Origin: a virus
DNA length: 64,000 nucleotides
IMG/VR virus record: IMGVR_UViG_3300022843_000013
Coordinates: 13,761 to 77,760 of that record
Reading direction: 5' to 3' (one strand)
In this document: one piece after another, positions 19,740-26,827 of the stretch
How the letters are laid out: each line of letters opens with the position of its first letter
Numbering within the stretch: position 1 is the first letter of the stretch
Notes under the pieces: generated by a model
Database searches by the model: none
Seen by the model: the letters and a program-made list of their open reading frames with translations, nothing else
Told to the model about the DNA's origin: nothing
Translations under genes and position numbers: made by a program

Positions 19740-20825
19740 CTAATCTGGTAATTTTAGTGTTTTGCCCTGTAGGTCGGTAGGGCTTACCCAAGATTTCTTA
19801 CCCGTGCGACGGTCGAGAAGCAACTGATAAATTTTACCATCGGACCCGATACGAGTCCCGTAAGCCAGTCGAACATCGATACCGGCCTTCTCAGAGTTGC
19901 CAGTCCAGTAGCATGCCGACTCGCAGCTGTCCCTGACAACCAAACGACCCCCCGGGACTGAAGCGCAGTAAACTAGACCGTCGTGATGCTCAGTGTGCCA
20001 GTCGTCGCCCGACACTCCGACGTGCGACACGCCCGATAGGCGAGGCAGCCACACGGGCAGTCCGTATAGTTTGCTTGCCGCTAGGACCAGCTCCTCTCCG
20101 TCGTTTCGATATAAATTTCCTATGACCCTGTGATTAGGCGTCACGGCCATGCGGACCTCGCTGTTCTCGACCACCAGAAGCTCTCCGGTGTAGTGCTCTC
20201 GCACGACACGCTCCGCGCGGTGCCACTCGATCTTATCGCTGCTCCCGCACGCGAATACTTCCGAGTCCTCAACGTCGCACCAGGGAACCCACCCACGCTC
20301 AGTGAATACCTCACTCTCCCCTGTCAGACACTCCGGTCCGGCAATGGTATCGATGAACCCAAACTGCGAAGCGCTAACAGCCTGCATGTCACCCGTAATA
20401 GCGTTGGGATCCCCGATGCCTCCGGGGCCCATTTTAGTAATTCGACGTTGCTGCTCCAAGATGTGCATCGGGTTAATCTCCTCCAGCGCTGGGACCAGGG
20501 GGTTACTTGTGATGTAGCCGGTCGTGTATTCTCCGAAGGTGTCCGGACCCATCGGATTCAGGTTCTTCGCGCGAGCCACGCGCCCCATCATCTTTCGTAG
20601 GACCTTTCCGTGATCCAACTTAACCCTCTCGGACATCAGTTGATCCACCATGTAGATGCGATCGTTGGGTAGCGAGTCTCGGTCATCAGTCTCCGCCAGT
20701 CCCCGGTTGACCGCTAGTAGCTTCTCCGACGCGGCAAGTAGACCGTCCACGCCGATAGACGAGTATGTTTCAAACTCGTCGTCGTCGGCGATATACTGAT
20801 GTCTCTGTTTTGATTTGGTGGTCAT
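19740..20825 (-). CDS. phage RNA polymerase beta subunit middle part, intein-containing
   Basis: EINPMHILEQQRRITKMGPGGI...QFGFIDTIAGPE (cf. RpoB [21 protein letters not shown]...YGRVCPIETPE); start MTTK at 20825 coupled to the upstream stop. Confidence 0.88.
   Translation of the reverse strand: MTTKSKQRHQYIADDDEFETYSSIGVDGLLAASEKLLAVNRGLAETDDRDSLPNDRIYMVDQLMSERVKLDHGKVLRKMMGRVARAKNLNPMGPDTFGEYTTGYITSNPLVPALEEINPMHILEQQRRITKMGPGGIGDPNAITGDMQAVSASQFGFIDTIAGPECLTGESEVFTERGWVPWCDVEDSEVFACGSSDKIEWHRAERVVREHYTGELLVVENSEVRMAVTPNHRVIGNLYRNDGEELVLAASKLYGLPVWLPRLSGVSHVGVSGDDWHTEHHDGLVYCASVPGGRLVVRDSCESACYWTGNSEKAGIDVRLAYGTRIGSDGKIYQLLLDRRTGKKSWVSPTDLQGKTLKLPD
19896..20330 (-). mobile_element. mini-intein (145 aa) in the RNAP beta middle fragment
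   Basis: PE|CLTGESEV..., block B VTPNH, VYCASVP, WTGN|S; no endonuclease domain. Confidence 0.88.
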
Positions 20826-22312
20826 TTTAAATCTTCGGGCTGTATGTATCCGTCTAGCGCCATCGCCATGAGTGCCCGGGGTGTAGGGACGCCCTCCTGC
20901 ATCTCGGCGCCTCTCTTGCCCGCTTTTAGGGATAGATTGATGGCGGCGTCGTCGTCGAAGTCGTGACGGTTCATGAACCACTTCACGAACTCCCCTCGGC
21001 GATACTTCTCCATCTCTTCTTCCACCTGCAGGGCTTTGTCTCCCGGTAGCATCTTCAGAGGGTCAATGCCCCAATTACGTAGCGCGAAAGCCCGTCGGGG
21101 CGTTGGCTTCGCTACGAATTGGGCACCATGCCGCGCCTTAAAGGACTTCCACCTCTTCTTCTGATGTTCGTCCGTCTCCCCGCGCTGCCCGTCGTGGTAT
21201 TTCTCATACCATTGCAGCCAACCCTTCTGGTTTTCGTCGTCTAGCCAGTGCTTGGGCCACTCGCGCATCGAGGCGAGCTGAGGTCCGTGGTTGCCGTAGA
21301 TTGAGTTGTACACCTCGCGCATCCCGTTCGGCTCAATATCGGGCTCGAATCCCGCAGCTTTTTCGACACCATCAAAAAACCCCACCCAGTCGTCGGATAC
21401 CTCGTCGGGAGACATGTCCGGGGCGAATGTCGCGGACGATCTCTTAATCATGTCCTGCGCTATTTGTATGACGGCTCCGGCCCTCCGCCAACTGGCGGCC
21501 TTCTCCTGGCTATACAGGTTGGGTAGGTTCCTTCGCATGATCGCGTCGGACACCTGCGCCCTGTCCATAGCCGCTCGAATGGCTGCTACCTTTTCGTCAA
21601 AAGGAAGTCCTTCGTCACGCTCCCACTTGGGAACAGACTTGCGGTAGGCCCGCGCGAGTGCGTGCTTTGAATATTTCGACTTGTTGGACGCAAGTATCTC
21701 CGGTCCCCACCTTCGAGAGAGCTCCTCGTCGGTCACTCCCAAGTCTCGAAAGATGGAGTAGGCGTGCAGGTCTGAGGATCCTATCTTTAATCTGTATTGC
21801 GCGGTGGTGGGTTCGAAGGACACTCGCATCGCGGAGCCCGTCCCCGGTCTCGTATTGAAGTGATTCTCGAGTTCCCCGTTGGCGCGCCTCCTGGCGTAGG
21901 TCCCCGGGAGAAGTCTAGACTGCGACACCGGACTAAACTCGCTCCCGTTGTTGATGAAGGTGTTACGCTCCGTTAAGTAGGGCACGCGGGCCAAGGTCAT
22001 GTTCTTCTTCGTGTCGAGGACCTTGTTGGTCTCCTCGTCCACCAACCTGACGGTCCCGCGGAGTCGGCGATGCAACAGGCTGTCAGACGCCTTGGCCTCT
22101 GCCTGATCTTTCAGGGAATACTCCTCCTTGTCGGTATACTTGAGGTCGACCAATTCTAGACGCACTCCGCCGTAGGAAAACCCGTTTGCGTAACGGTCCA
22201 TGGATTTCATTATGCCAGACTCTAAGGCCCTCCGCGTGGCGGTCGAGTCCTCTGGGTCACGTAGAGTCACCCCCGGGGGCGCTGATGGTTCGTCTTCCGG
22301 TATCACACCCAA
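20822..22312 (-). CDS. phage RNA polymerase beta subunit N-terminal part fused to an unrelated C-terminal domain
   Basis: LARVPYLTERNTFINNGSEFSPVSQSRLLPG (cf. RpoB [31 protein letters not shown]); C-terminal Trp-rich GWLQWY..Y..G.R...D..Q..RW..F domain. Confidence 0.85.
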   Translation of the reverse strand: MGVIPEDEPSAPPGVTLRDPEDSTATRRALESGIMKSMDRYANGFSYGGVRLELVDLKYTDKEEYSLKDQAEAKASDSLLHRRLRGTVRLVDEETNKVLDTKKNMTLARVPYLTERNTFINNGSEFSPVSQSRLLPGTYARRRANGELENHFNTRPGTGSAMRVSFEPTTAQYRLKIGSSDLHAYSIFRDLGVTDEELSRRWGPEILASNKSKYSKHALARAYRKSVPKWERDEGLPFDEKVAAIRAAMDRAQVSDAIMRRNLPNLYSQEKAASWRRAGAVIQIAQDMIKRSSATFAPDMSPDEVSDDWVGFFDGVEKAAGFEPDIEPNGMREVYNSIYGNHGPQLASMREWPKHWLDDENQKGWLQWYEKYHDGQRGETDEHQKKRWKSFKARHGAQFVAKPTPRRAFALRNWGIDPLKMLPGDKALQVEEEMEKYRRGEFVKWFMNRHDFDDDAAINLSLKAGKRGAEMQEGVPTPRALMAMALDGYIQPEDLK

Positions 22313-22560
22313 TGTATACCGCGACCCCGAGGGGTTGGCAACACCGATGCGTCATGCGAGCATTTTCTTAAAAAGGTCACCGGCGCCGCCCCCTGAGAGA
22401 ATCCAAGAGACCAAGCCAACACCACCCCCGCCACATATTCCCCCACCGGCGACGACAGTAGGCACAGAGCCAACAGAACCAACACCGCCCAAGAAATGAA
22501 GAAAGAGAGCAAGATTTGGGCGATACGGAATGCTTTTTTAGGTCGTTTTTCTCCGGTCAC
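22303..22560 (-). CDS. small membrane protein
   Basis: 85-aa ORF with two hydrophobic stretches. Confidence 0.55.
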   Translation of the reverse strand: MTGEKRPKKAFRIAQILLSFFISWAVLVLLALCLLSSPVGEYVAGVVLAWSLGFSQGAAPVTFLRKCSHDASVLPTPRGRGIHWV

Positions 22561-22562
22561 TT

Positions 22563-22610
22563 AACCCAGAAAGCCCGGCCAATTCAATGGTCCGAGCGGG
22601 CTTGGGTTGG
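22563..22610 (-). repeat. conserved intergenic hairpin CCGC(C/T)CGGACCATTGA(A/C)TTGG(C/A)CGGGC, copy 1
   Basis: Also at about 24150..24195 and 24420..24458; each copy lies just before a minus-strand start codon. Confidence 0.75.
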
Positions 22611-22616
22611 TATTGG

Positions 22617-22964
22617 CTACAGTCCCCCGTCAGAGTCGGGGACAATCTGCTCCATAATTGAGAGCAATAGATTCTCGGAAATCACTCCGTCTCGATACGC
22701 CTCGGAAATCTTAGCGTCCCCGACGATTATGCAATCTGACTTCTGATCTGGCATCACCATTAATGGGAGCCCGAGCAGAGTTGAAATAACTGGTGATGTT
22801 TCGGTTGTTGTTATTGATTCATATCTCACGACATTCATCGCTGAAGAACTTAAGAAGTAAATTCCTTTACGTTGGGGGATGTCGGCGATTTTTTGAATCA
22901 TGTCCGAAATGATATTCGGAGTAAGTGCGTCACAAGGAGATGAATCCAATTTTGTTTTACTCAT
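22617..22964 (-). CDS. hypothetical cassette-region protein
   Basis: 115-aa ORF starting inside a degenerate attC. Confidence 0.55.
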   Translation of the reverse strand: MSKTKLDSSPCDALTPNIISDMIQKIADIPQRKGIYFLSSSAMNVVRYESITTTETSPVISTLLGLPLMVMPDQKSDCIIVGDAKISEAYRDGVISENLLLSIMEQIVPDSDGGL

Positions 22965-23006
22965 GGTTTATTTTTATCTTTCGGTGGCAGGATGGAGGAG
23001 TTCTCT
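22928..23006 (+). repeat. degenerate attC-like site
   Basis: Left arm tCACaaggagatgaatccaa (AAC mutated); right arm ggcaggatggagga-GTTCTCT with crossover G at 23000. Confidence 0.5.
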
Positions 23007-23245
23007 CTAAGATTCCAGAAGTGCCCCGCTCCTTGTTCATTGGTTTCTAAGGTGCAGTGGCATTTCGTGCATCCAACGATGCAACTGGTGCGACGGTTTC
23101 CCAAGCGTTCAATTTTTGCCTCCCCACCGCAAAACGGACACGGCAGGAGAGAACAAGACGATGCAAAACAATCGCCAAGGCAAACGCTATGTGATCCACA
23201 CGCGGAGGGTGTGGGGCAGTCTTTATGTGGATCGAAGTCACTCAT
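22961..23245 (-). CDS. Lar-like (restriction alleviation) zinc-ribbon protein
   Basis: LLPCPFCGGEA...CTKCHC...WN pattern; ATG at 23245 overlaps the upstream TGA inside an attC. Confidence 0.7.
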   Translation of the reverse strand: MSDFDPHKDCPTPSACGSHSVCLGDCFASSCSLLPCPFCGGEAKIERLGNRRTSCIVGCTKCHCTLETNEQGAGHFWNLRENSSILPPKDKNKP

Positions 23246-23272
23246 GGCGATGTTTGATCTTGGTTGTTCATC
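23148..23272 (+). repeat. attC recombination site
   Basis: AGAGAAC-aagac-GATGCAAAACAATCGCCA ... TGGCGATGTTTGATC-ttggtt-GTTCATC; imperfect palindrome with extra bases in the left arm. Confidence 0.85.
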
Positions 23273-23775
23273 AAAGATGGCCAGTTGTCGGGATTCACAG
23301 CAGCCCACCAGATTACTTCTTCGGGGCACACGCCGGAATCGTCAAACGTGCCATCAAGTAGATTCAGGACCGAGTAGTGTTCATCGCATGACGTATCGAC
23401 GAGGATTGTTTTCTCTCCGTCGCTGTATTTTACGATTACTAAGATCCTTTCGCCGTCGCCCCAGAAGTAGCTTTCAGAATCGAAGTCTTCGTGCGCTGGT
23501 CCTTTACGCCATTCAAGCGGCTTCCTATCTGCTTCGATTGCAACGCTTTTCTCTTCATTCCTAGAATTGAGGAGCGCGGCTACCATAGTCGAGAAATGTG
23601 ACCCTAAAAAGTCAGCTTGAATCTCTTCTCCATTCTCTCCCATGGTAAACGAGAGAAAGCCGGGAATGTGCCCCGTGTCTGTGCAGTGGTCAGTCCAAGC
23701 GTCTTGGAGTGCCTCAGATAAGTCATCCTCGTCAATGAAGAGATCGCTTGATGTAGTCGTGGTTTTCATGTTCAT
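23242..23775 (-). CDS. hypothetical acidic protein
   Basis: 177-aa ORF ending NNQDQTSP* inside the attC right arm. Confidence 0.65.
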   Translation of the reverse strand: MNMKTTTTSSDLFIDEDDLSEALQDAWTDHCTDTGHIPGFLSFTMGENGEEIQADFLGSHFSTMVAALLNSRNEEKSVAIEADRKPLEWRKGPAHEDFDSESYFWGDGERILVIVKYSDGEKTILVDTSCDEHYSVLNLLDGTFDDSGVCPEEVIWWAAVNPDNWPSLMNNQDQTSP

Positions 23776-23829
23776 GATTTGTTAATTTTTTCGATAAAGT
23801 CAATTTGTAATTCTTCAGGCTCGCGCTTA

Positions 23830-24147
23830 TTAATCAGCGTGGAATATAGCAGATGCCAAGCATTGATTGGGGTGAATTCTTCCCTCATGGTCCAGCTCCC
23901 GCATCGGTGGGGTTGGGCTGACTTTGAGCGTCTCTACGGCGTAATGGATCTGGCACCCCGCTATGAACATGGATCCGATTTGAACATACCAATTTGTTGA
24001 CCCGCGGTTAGTTTTTATTCCGAGGGTTTGCTCATCAGACATGACCGCTTTTATGGTTCCAAATACGGCTCGGTAGCTTTCCCCGTCGGGGGCGATAAAC
24101 CATTCGTCTGTGGTTATTAGATATTTTTTTCCTATAGTCGGTTTCAT
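23830..24147 (-). CDS. hypothetical protein (start MKPTIGK)
   Basis: ORF directly downstream of hairpin repeat copy 2. Confidence 0.7.
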   Translation of the reverse strand: MKPTIGKKYLITTDEWFIAPDGESYRAVFGTIKAVMSDEQTLGIKTNRGSTNWYVQIGSMFIAGCQIHYAVETLKVSPTPPMRELDHEGRIHPNQCLASAIFHAD

Positions 24148-24149
24148 TT

Positions 24150-24195
24150 CACCAGCAATGCCCGGCCAAGTCAATGGTCCGGGCGGGTTGGTGGT
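24150..24195 (-). repeat. conserved intergenic hairpin, copy 2
   Basis: caccaccaacccgcccggaccattgacttggccgggcattgctggtg-aaATG. Confidence 0.75.
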
Positions 24196-24206
24196 GTTTC
24201 CTTAAA

Positions 24207-24416
24207 TTAAGTCATGACGTTAGGGTCAATTCCATCTACCCAAAAGGTTCTCGCTTTAGATACCTGGGAAAACCCGACACACATCAGGATTGAAAAAACC
24301 TCTCCTTCATGAGCTGAAGCTAATCGTTCAGCCTCGATCCGAGCACTAATAATCGTTTGGTGGCGGACTTGTGGCGATGTCCCCCCTTCGCGCAAGACGT
24401 AGTAATATGTTGTCAT
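24207..24416 (-). CDS. small hypothetical protein (start MTTYYY)
   Basis: P.VRH.T..SA..EAERLA..H.G..F pattern seen in small phage proteins; follows hairpin copy 3. Confidence 0.65.
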   Translation of the reverse strand: MTTYYYVLREGGTSPQVRHQTIISARIEAERLASAHEGEVFSILMCVGFSQVSKARTFWVDGIDPNVMT

Positions 24417-24419
24417 TTC

Positions 24420-24458
24420 GCCAGCAATGCCCGTCCAATTCAATGGTCCGGGCGGTTG
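24420..24458 (-). repeat. conserved intergenic hairpin, copy 3
   Basis: caaccgcccggaccattgaattggacgggcattgctggcg-aaATG. Confidence 0.75.
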
Positions 24459-24511
24459 TAACTGTCCGACGCTACGGACCCTCTTAGGGCCGAAGGTCAG
24501 GGGAGTTCGCA
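24456..24511 (+). repeat. short attC recombination site
   Basis: TTGTAAC-tgtcc-GACGCTACGGACCCT-ctt-AGGGCCGAAGGTC-agggga-GTTCGCA; two extra left-arm bases as in attC. Confidence 0.75.
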
Positions 24512-24966
24512 TCAGAAACAACGACCTCCGCCTTGAGTAGCTCGACCGTGTTCCTGAATGCGCGCTCCAACATCTCTGGCGTCATCTCCAAATCATAGAC
24601 GCTACCGCTCCGCGCCATCCCTGCCATCACGCAGTCCGATATGTATTCGATCACGTCGAGAAGATTCACATCCTCTGGCACTCCGTCCTCTTGTCCGAGA
24701 TGGTGTCGGTGAATCTTTCTATGATTGTCCCACCATCCAGTTTTCTCGAATCCTGTGATGAAGTCATCATGGAACCAGTCGATTGCCGTTAGCTTGTCGT
24801 AGTCGTGCTCCCCAGCGGCCTCGGTGAGTTTGCCGATGAAGAACGCCATGGCTTTTACTACGTCGCCGATATGGGTGCGACTGGAAGCTAAAAGCGTTTC
24901 CTTGGTGGTGTTGGCGTAGTCGCAGGTCCGTGTGTCTGCGGTGGCGGATTTGGTTATTGGTATCAT
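24484..24966 (-). CDS. HD-like His-rich protein (DUF5662-like)
   Basis: HIGDV, HDYDK, HRKIHRHH, LLDVIEYISDCVMAG; ends NSPDLRP* inside an attC. Confidence 0.65.
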   Translation of the reverse strand: MIPITKSATADTRTCDYANTTKETLLASSRTHIGDVVKAMAFFIGKLTEAAGEHDYDKLTAIDWFHDDFITGFEKTGWWDNHRKIHRHHLGQEDGVPEDVNLLDVIEYISDCVMAGMARSGSVYDLEMTPEMLERAFRNTVELLKAEVVVSDANSPDLRP

Positions 24967-24991
24967 AAAGGGTTTAGGTAATTCGGAAGAA

Positions 24992-25092
24992 TGCGAACAA
25001 GTCGGCGCTGGCAACAGATGCCAGCGGTGAAGTTTGGTTAGGAATCGGAGTCGGCTCCCGCTGGTAGCGGTGCCACACCTTGGACGTTCTCC
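24992..25092 (+). repeat. attC recombination site, apparently chimeric
   Basis: TGCGAAC-aagtc-GGCGCTGGCAACAGATGCCAGCGG ... CCGCTGGTAGCGGTGCCACACC-ttggac-GTTCTCC. Confidence 0.8.
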
Positions 25093-25106
25093 ATAGAAAT
25101 AACACA

Positions 25107-25403
25107 ATGAAAACCACCCAAGAAGTCTACGACGCCCTCGTGGCATACATGAACAAGTTCACCGAACCAGCGAGTTCCTGGTATGCAGGAATTGCAGCCG
25201 ATCCACGGGACAGATTGTTCAGCGATCATAATGTTAATGAAACGAATGGTCAGTGGGCGTTCGATACATGCTCAACAGACACTGACGCCAGAGCTGTCGA
25301 GGCCGCCATGTTGAAGCTCGGCTGCAAGGGCGGCGGCGGTGGCGGCGACCACACGACCAAGAGTTGTTATGTCTATTTTATCACCAACTCGACCGTCGAG
25401 TGA
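25107..25403 (+). CDS. cassette gene, small protein with a remote GIY-YIG-like pattern, copy 1
   Basis: ATG about 20 nt after the attC GTT; WYAGIAADPRDRLFSDH...ARAVE. Confidence 0.7.
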   Translation: MKTTQEVYDALVAYMNKFTEPASSWYAGIAADPRDRLFSDHNVNETNGQWAFDTCSTDTDARAVEAAMLKLGCKGGGGGGDHTTKSCYVYFITNSTVE

Positions 25404-25574
25404 TGGGCACGGAAACTCATGCGGGTGATTTTCGGCTGACATGACCTCGCCTGTCTCGACATCCACTGTCTCGATCCGAACAGATATTCTAGTTTTAATA
25501 TTCATTTTGTTTTTAGCGGTCTTGCATTCCGAACTCACCACTCAAAGGCAGGTGACGCCTAAGAAAATTAAGAA

Positions 25575-25703
25575 GGAGAACAAGACGGTGGTGGACAACC
25601 GCCACCAGCCCCACTGTTTACATGATCCTGCGTAGCCACAACCTCAACCCTGTTTTCGGAGTCGGCTCCCGCTGGTAGCGGTGCCACACCTTGGACGTTC
25701 TCC
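25575..25703 (+). repeat. attC recombination site
   Basis: GGAGAAC-aagac-GGTGGTGGACAACCGCCACCAGC ... GCTGGTAGCGGTGCCACACC-ttggac-GTTCTCC. Confidence 0.85.
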
Positions 25704-25717
25704 ATAGAAATAACACA

Positions 25718-26014
25718 ATGAAAACCACCCAAGAAGTCTACGACGCCCTCGTGGCATACATGAACAAGTTCACCGAACCAGCGAGTTCCTGGTATGCAGG
25801 AATTGCAGCCGATCCACGGGACAGATTGTTCAGCGATCATAATGTTAATGAAACGAATGGTCAGTGGGCGTTCGATACATGCTCAACAGACACTGACGCC
25901 AGAGCTGTCGAGGCCGCCATGTTGAAGCTCGGCTGCAAGGGCGGCGGCGGTGGCGGCGACCACACGACCAAGAGTTGTTATGTCTATTTTATCACCAACT
26001 CGACCGTCGAGTGA
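25718..26014 (+). CDS. cassette gene, identical copy 2
   Basis: Identical to 25107..25403. Confidence 0.7.
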   Translation: MKTTQEVYDALVAYMNKFTEPASSWYAGIAADPRDRLFSDHNVNETNGQWAFDTCSTDTDARAVEAAMLKLGCKGGGGGGDHTTKSCYVYFITNSTVE

Positions 26015-26178
26015 TGGGCACGGAAACTCATGCGGGTGATTTTCGGCTGACATGACCTCGCCTGTCTCGACATCCACTGTCTCGATCCGAACAGATATTC
26101 TAGTTTTAATATTCATTTTGTTTTTAGCGGTCTTGCATTCCGAACTCACCACTCAAAGGCAGGTGACGCCTAAGAAAA

Positions 26179-26574
26179 TTAAGAAGGAGAACAAGACGGT
26201 GGTGGACAACCGCCACCAGCCCCACTGTTTACATGATCCTGCGTAGCCACAACCTCAACCCTGTTTTCGGAGTCGGCTCCCGCTGGTAGCGGTGCCACAC
26301 CTTGGACGTTCTCTGGGGAAAATAAAAGACCTGACATCAAGACCGGAACGTGACCGTTGCCCGAAAATAGCGTCGAGTCCCCGGGTGCGTAATCATCAAA
26401 CCAAACGCACAGACCGCGCTCGGGGTGATCATATATCTCTATTGGTTGCTCGCCGTCGTAATCCCTGCCGTCAGCGTTCGAAACTGTCCAGAAACCAGAG
26501 AACAAGGCATCGCTGCCAATGACTACCGCGTCGGAGTTATTGGCGATTTCGGAGTTATTTTGCGCGGTATTCAT
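26179..26574 (-). CDS. hypothetical protein that starts in one attC and reads through the next
   Basis: MNTAQNNSE...GSDALFS is attC-encoded; C-terminus ENVQGVAP...SCSPS comes from the next attC. Confidence 0.55.
   Translation of the reverse strand: MNTAQNNSEIANNSDAVVIGSDALFSGFWTVSNADGRDYDGEQPIEIYDHPERGLCVWFDDYAPGDSTLFSGNGHVPVLMSGLLFSPENVQGVAPLPAGADSENRVEVVATQDHVNSGAGGGCPPPSCSPS
26186..26314 (+). repeat. attC recombination site
   Basis: Identical to 25575..25703 except that it continues GTTCTCTGG. Confidence 0.85.
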
Positions 26575-26595
26575 GGTAGGATTTAAGCGTTCGCG
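26497..26595 (+). repeat. attC recombination site
   Basis: AGAGAAC-aaggc-ATCGCTGCCAATGACTACCGCG ... CGCGGTATTCATGGTAGGAT-ttaagc-GTTCGCG. Confidence 0.85.
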
Positions 26596-26596
26596 C

Positions 26597-26827
26597 TTAG
26601 AACCAGCGCCAGTTTTGAGGCATCGTTTGCCATTCAAATCTCATTTGCTTTGCCGCACAACCGCTTGGCCGGTATGCTGGGTCTTTTGCGTAAACTGGGT
26701 GGGGTTTAATCGCCAGCCTCCTCACTAAAAGCCAACGGACGGAGCGAACAAGGCGATGATGATACGCCCTTAATCGTTGGAACTTTTGGGGCGTGGCGGT
26801 AGTTGGTGGTGATTCTTGCGTGTTCAT
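26597..26827 (-). CDS. small hypothetical protein
   Basis: 76-aa ORF coupled to the recQ stop; HHRLVR is encoded by an attC left arm. Confidence 0.45.
   Translation of the reverse strand: MNTQESPPTTATPQKFQRLRAYHHRLVRSVRWLLVRRLAIKPHPVYAKDPAYRPSGCAAKQMRFEWQTMPQNWRWF
26743..26770 (+). repeat. truncated attC (left arm only)
   Basis: AGCGAAC-aaggc-GATGATGATACGCCC; no matching right arm before recQ. Confidence 0.55.

Larger units (their letters stand above)
25045..26313. repeat. exact tandem duplication with 611-bp period (2 units plus 47 bp)
   Basis: 25045-25655 repeats at 25656-26266; identity ends 3 nt after the attC GTT at 26308-26310. Confidence 0.95.

Noticed and set aside
25530-25565. Additional attC at ccgAACtcacc
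   Set aside because: No convincing complementary arm or terminal GTT at the right spacing.
22563-26770. CRISPR array
   Set aside because: The repeats are long imperfect palindromes separated by gene-sized, unequal intervals, not 25-45 bp repeats with uniform spacers.
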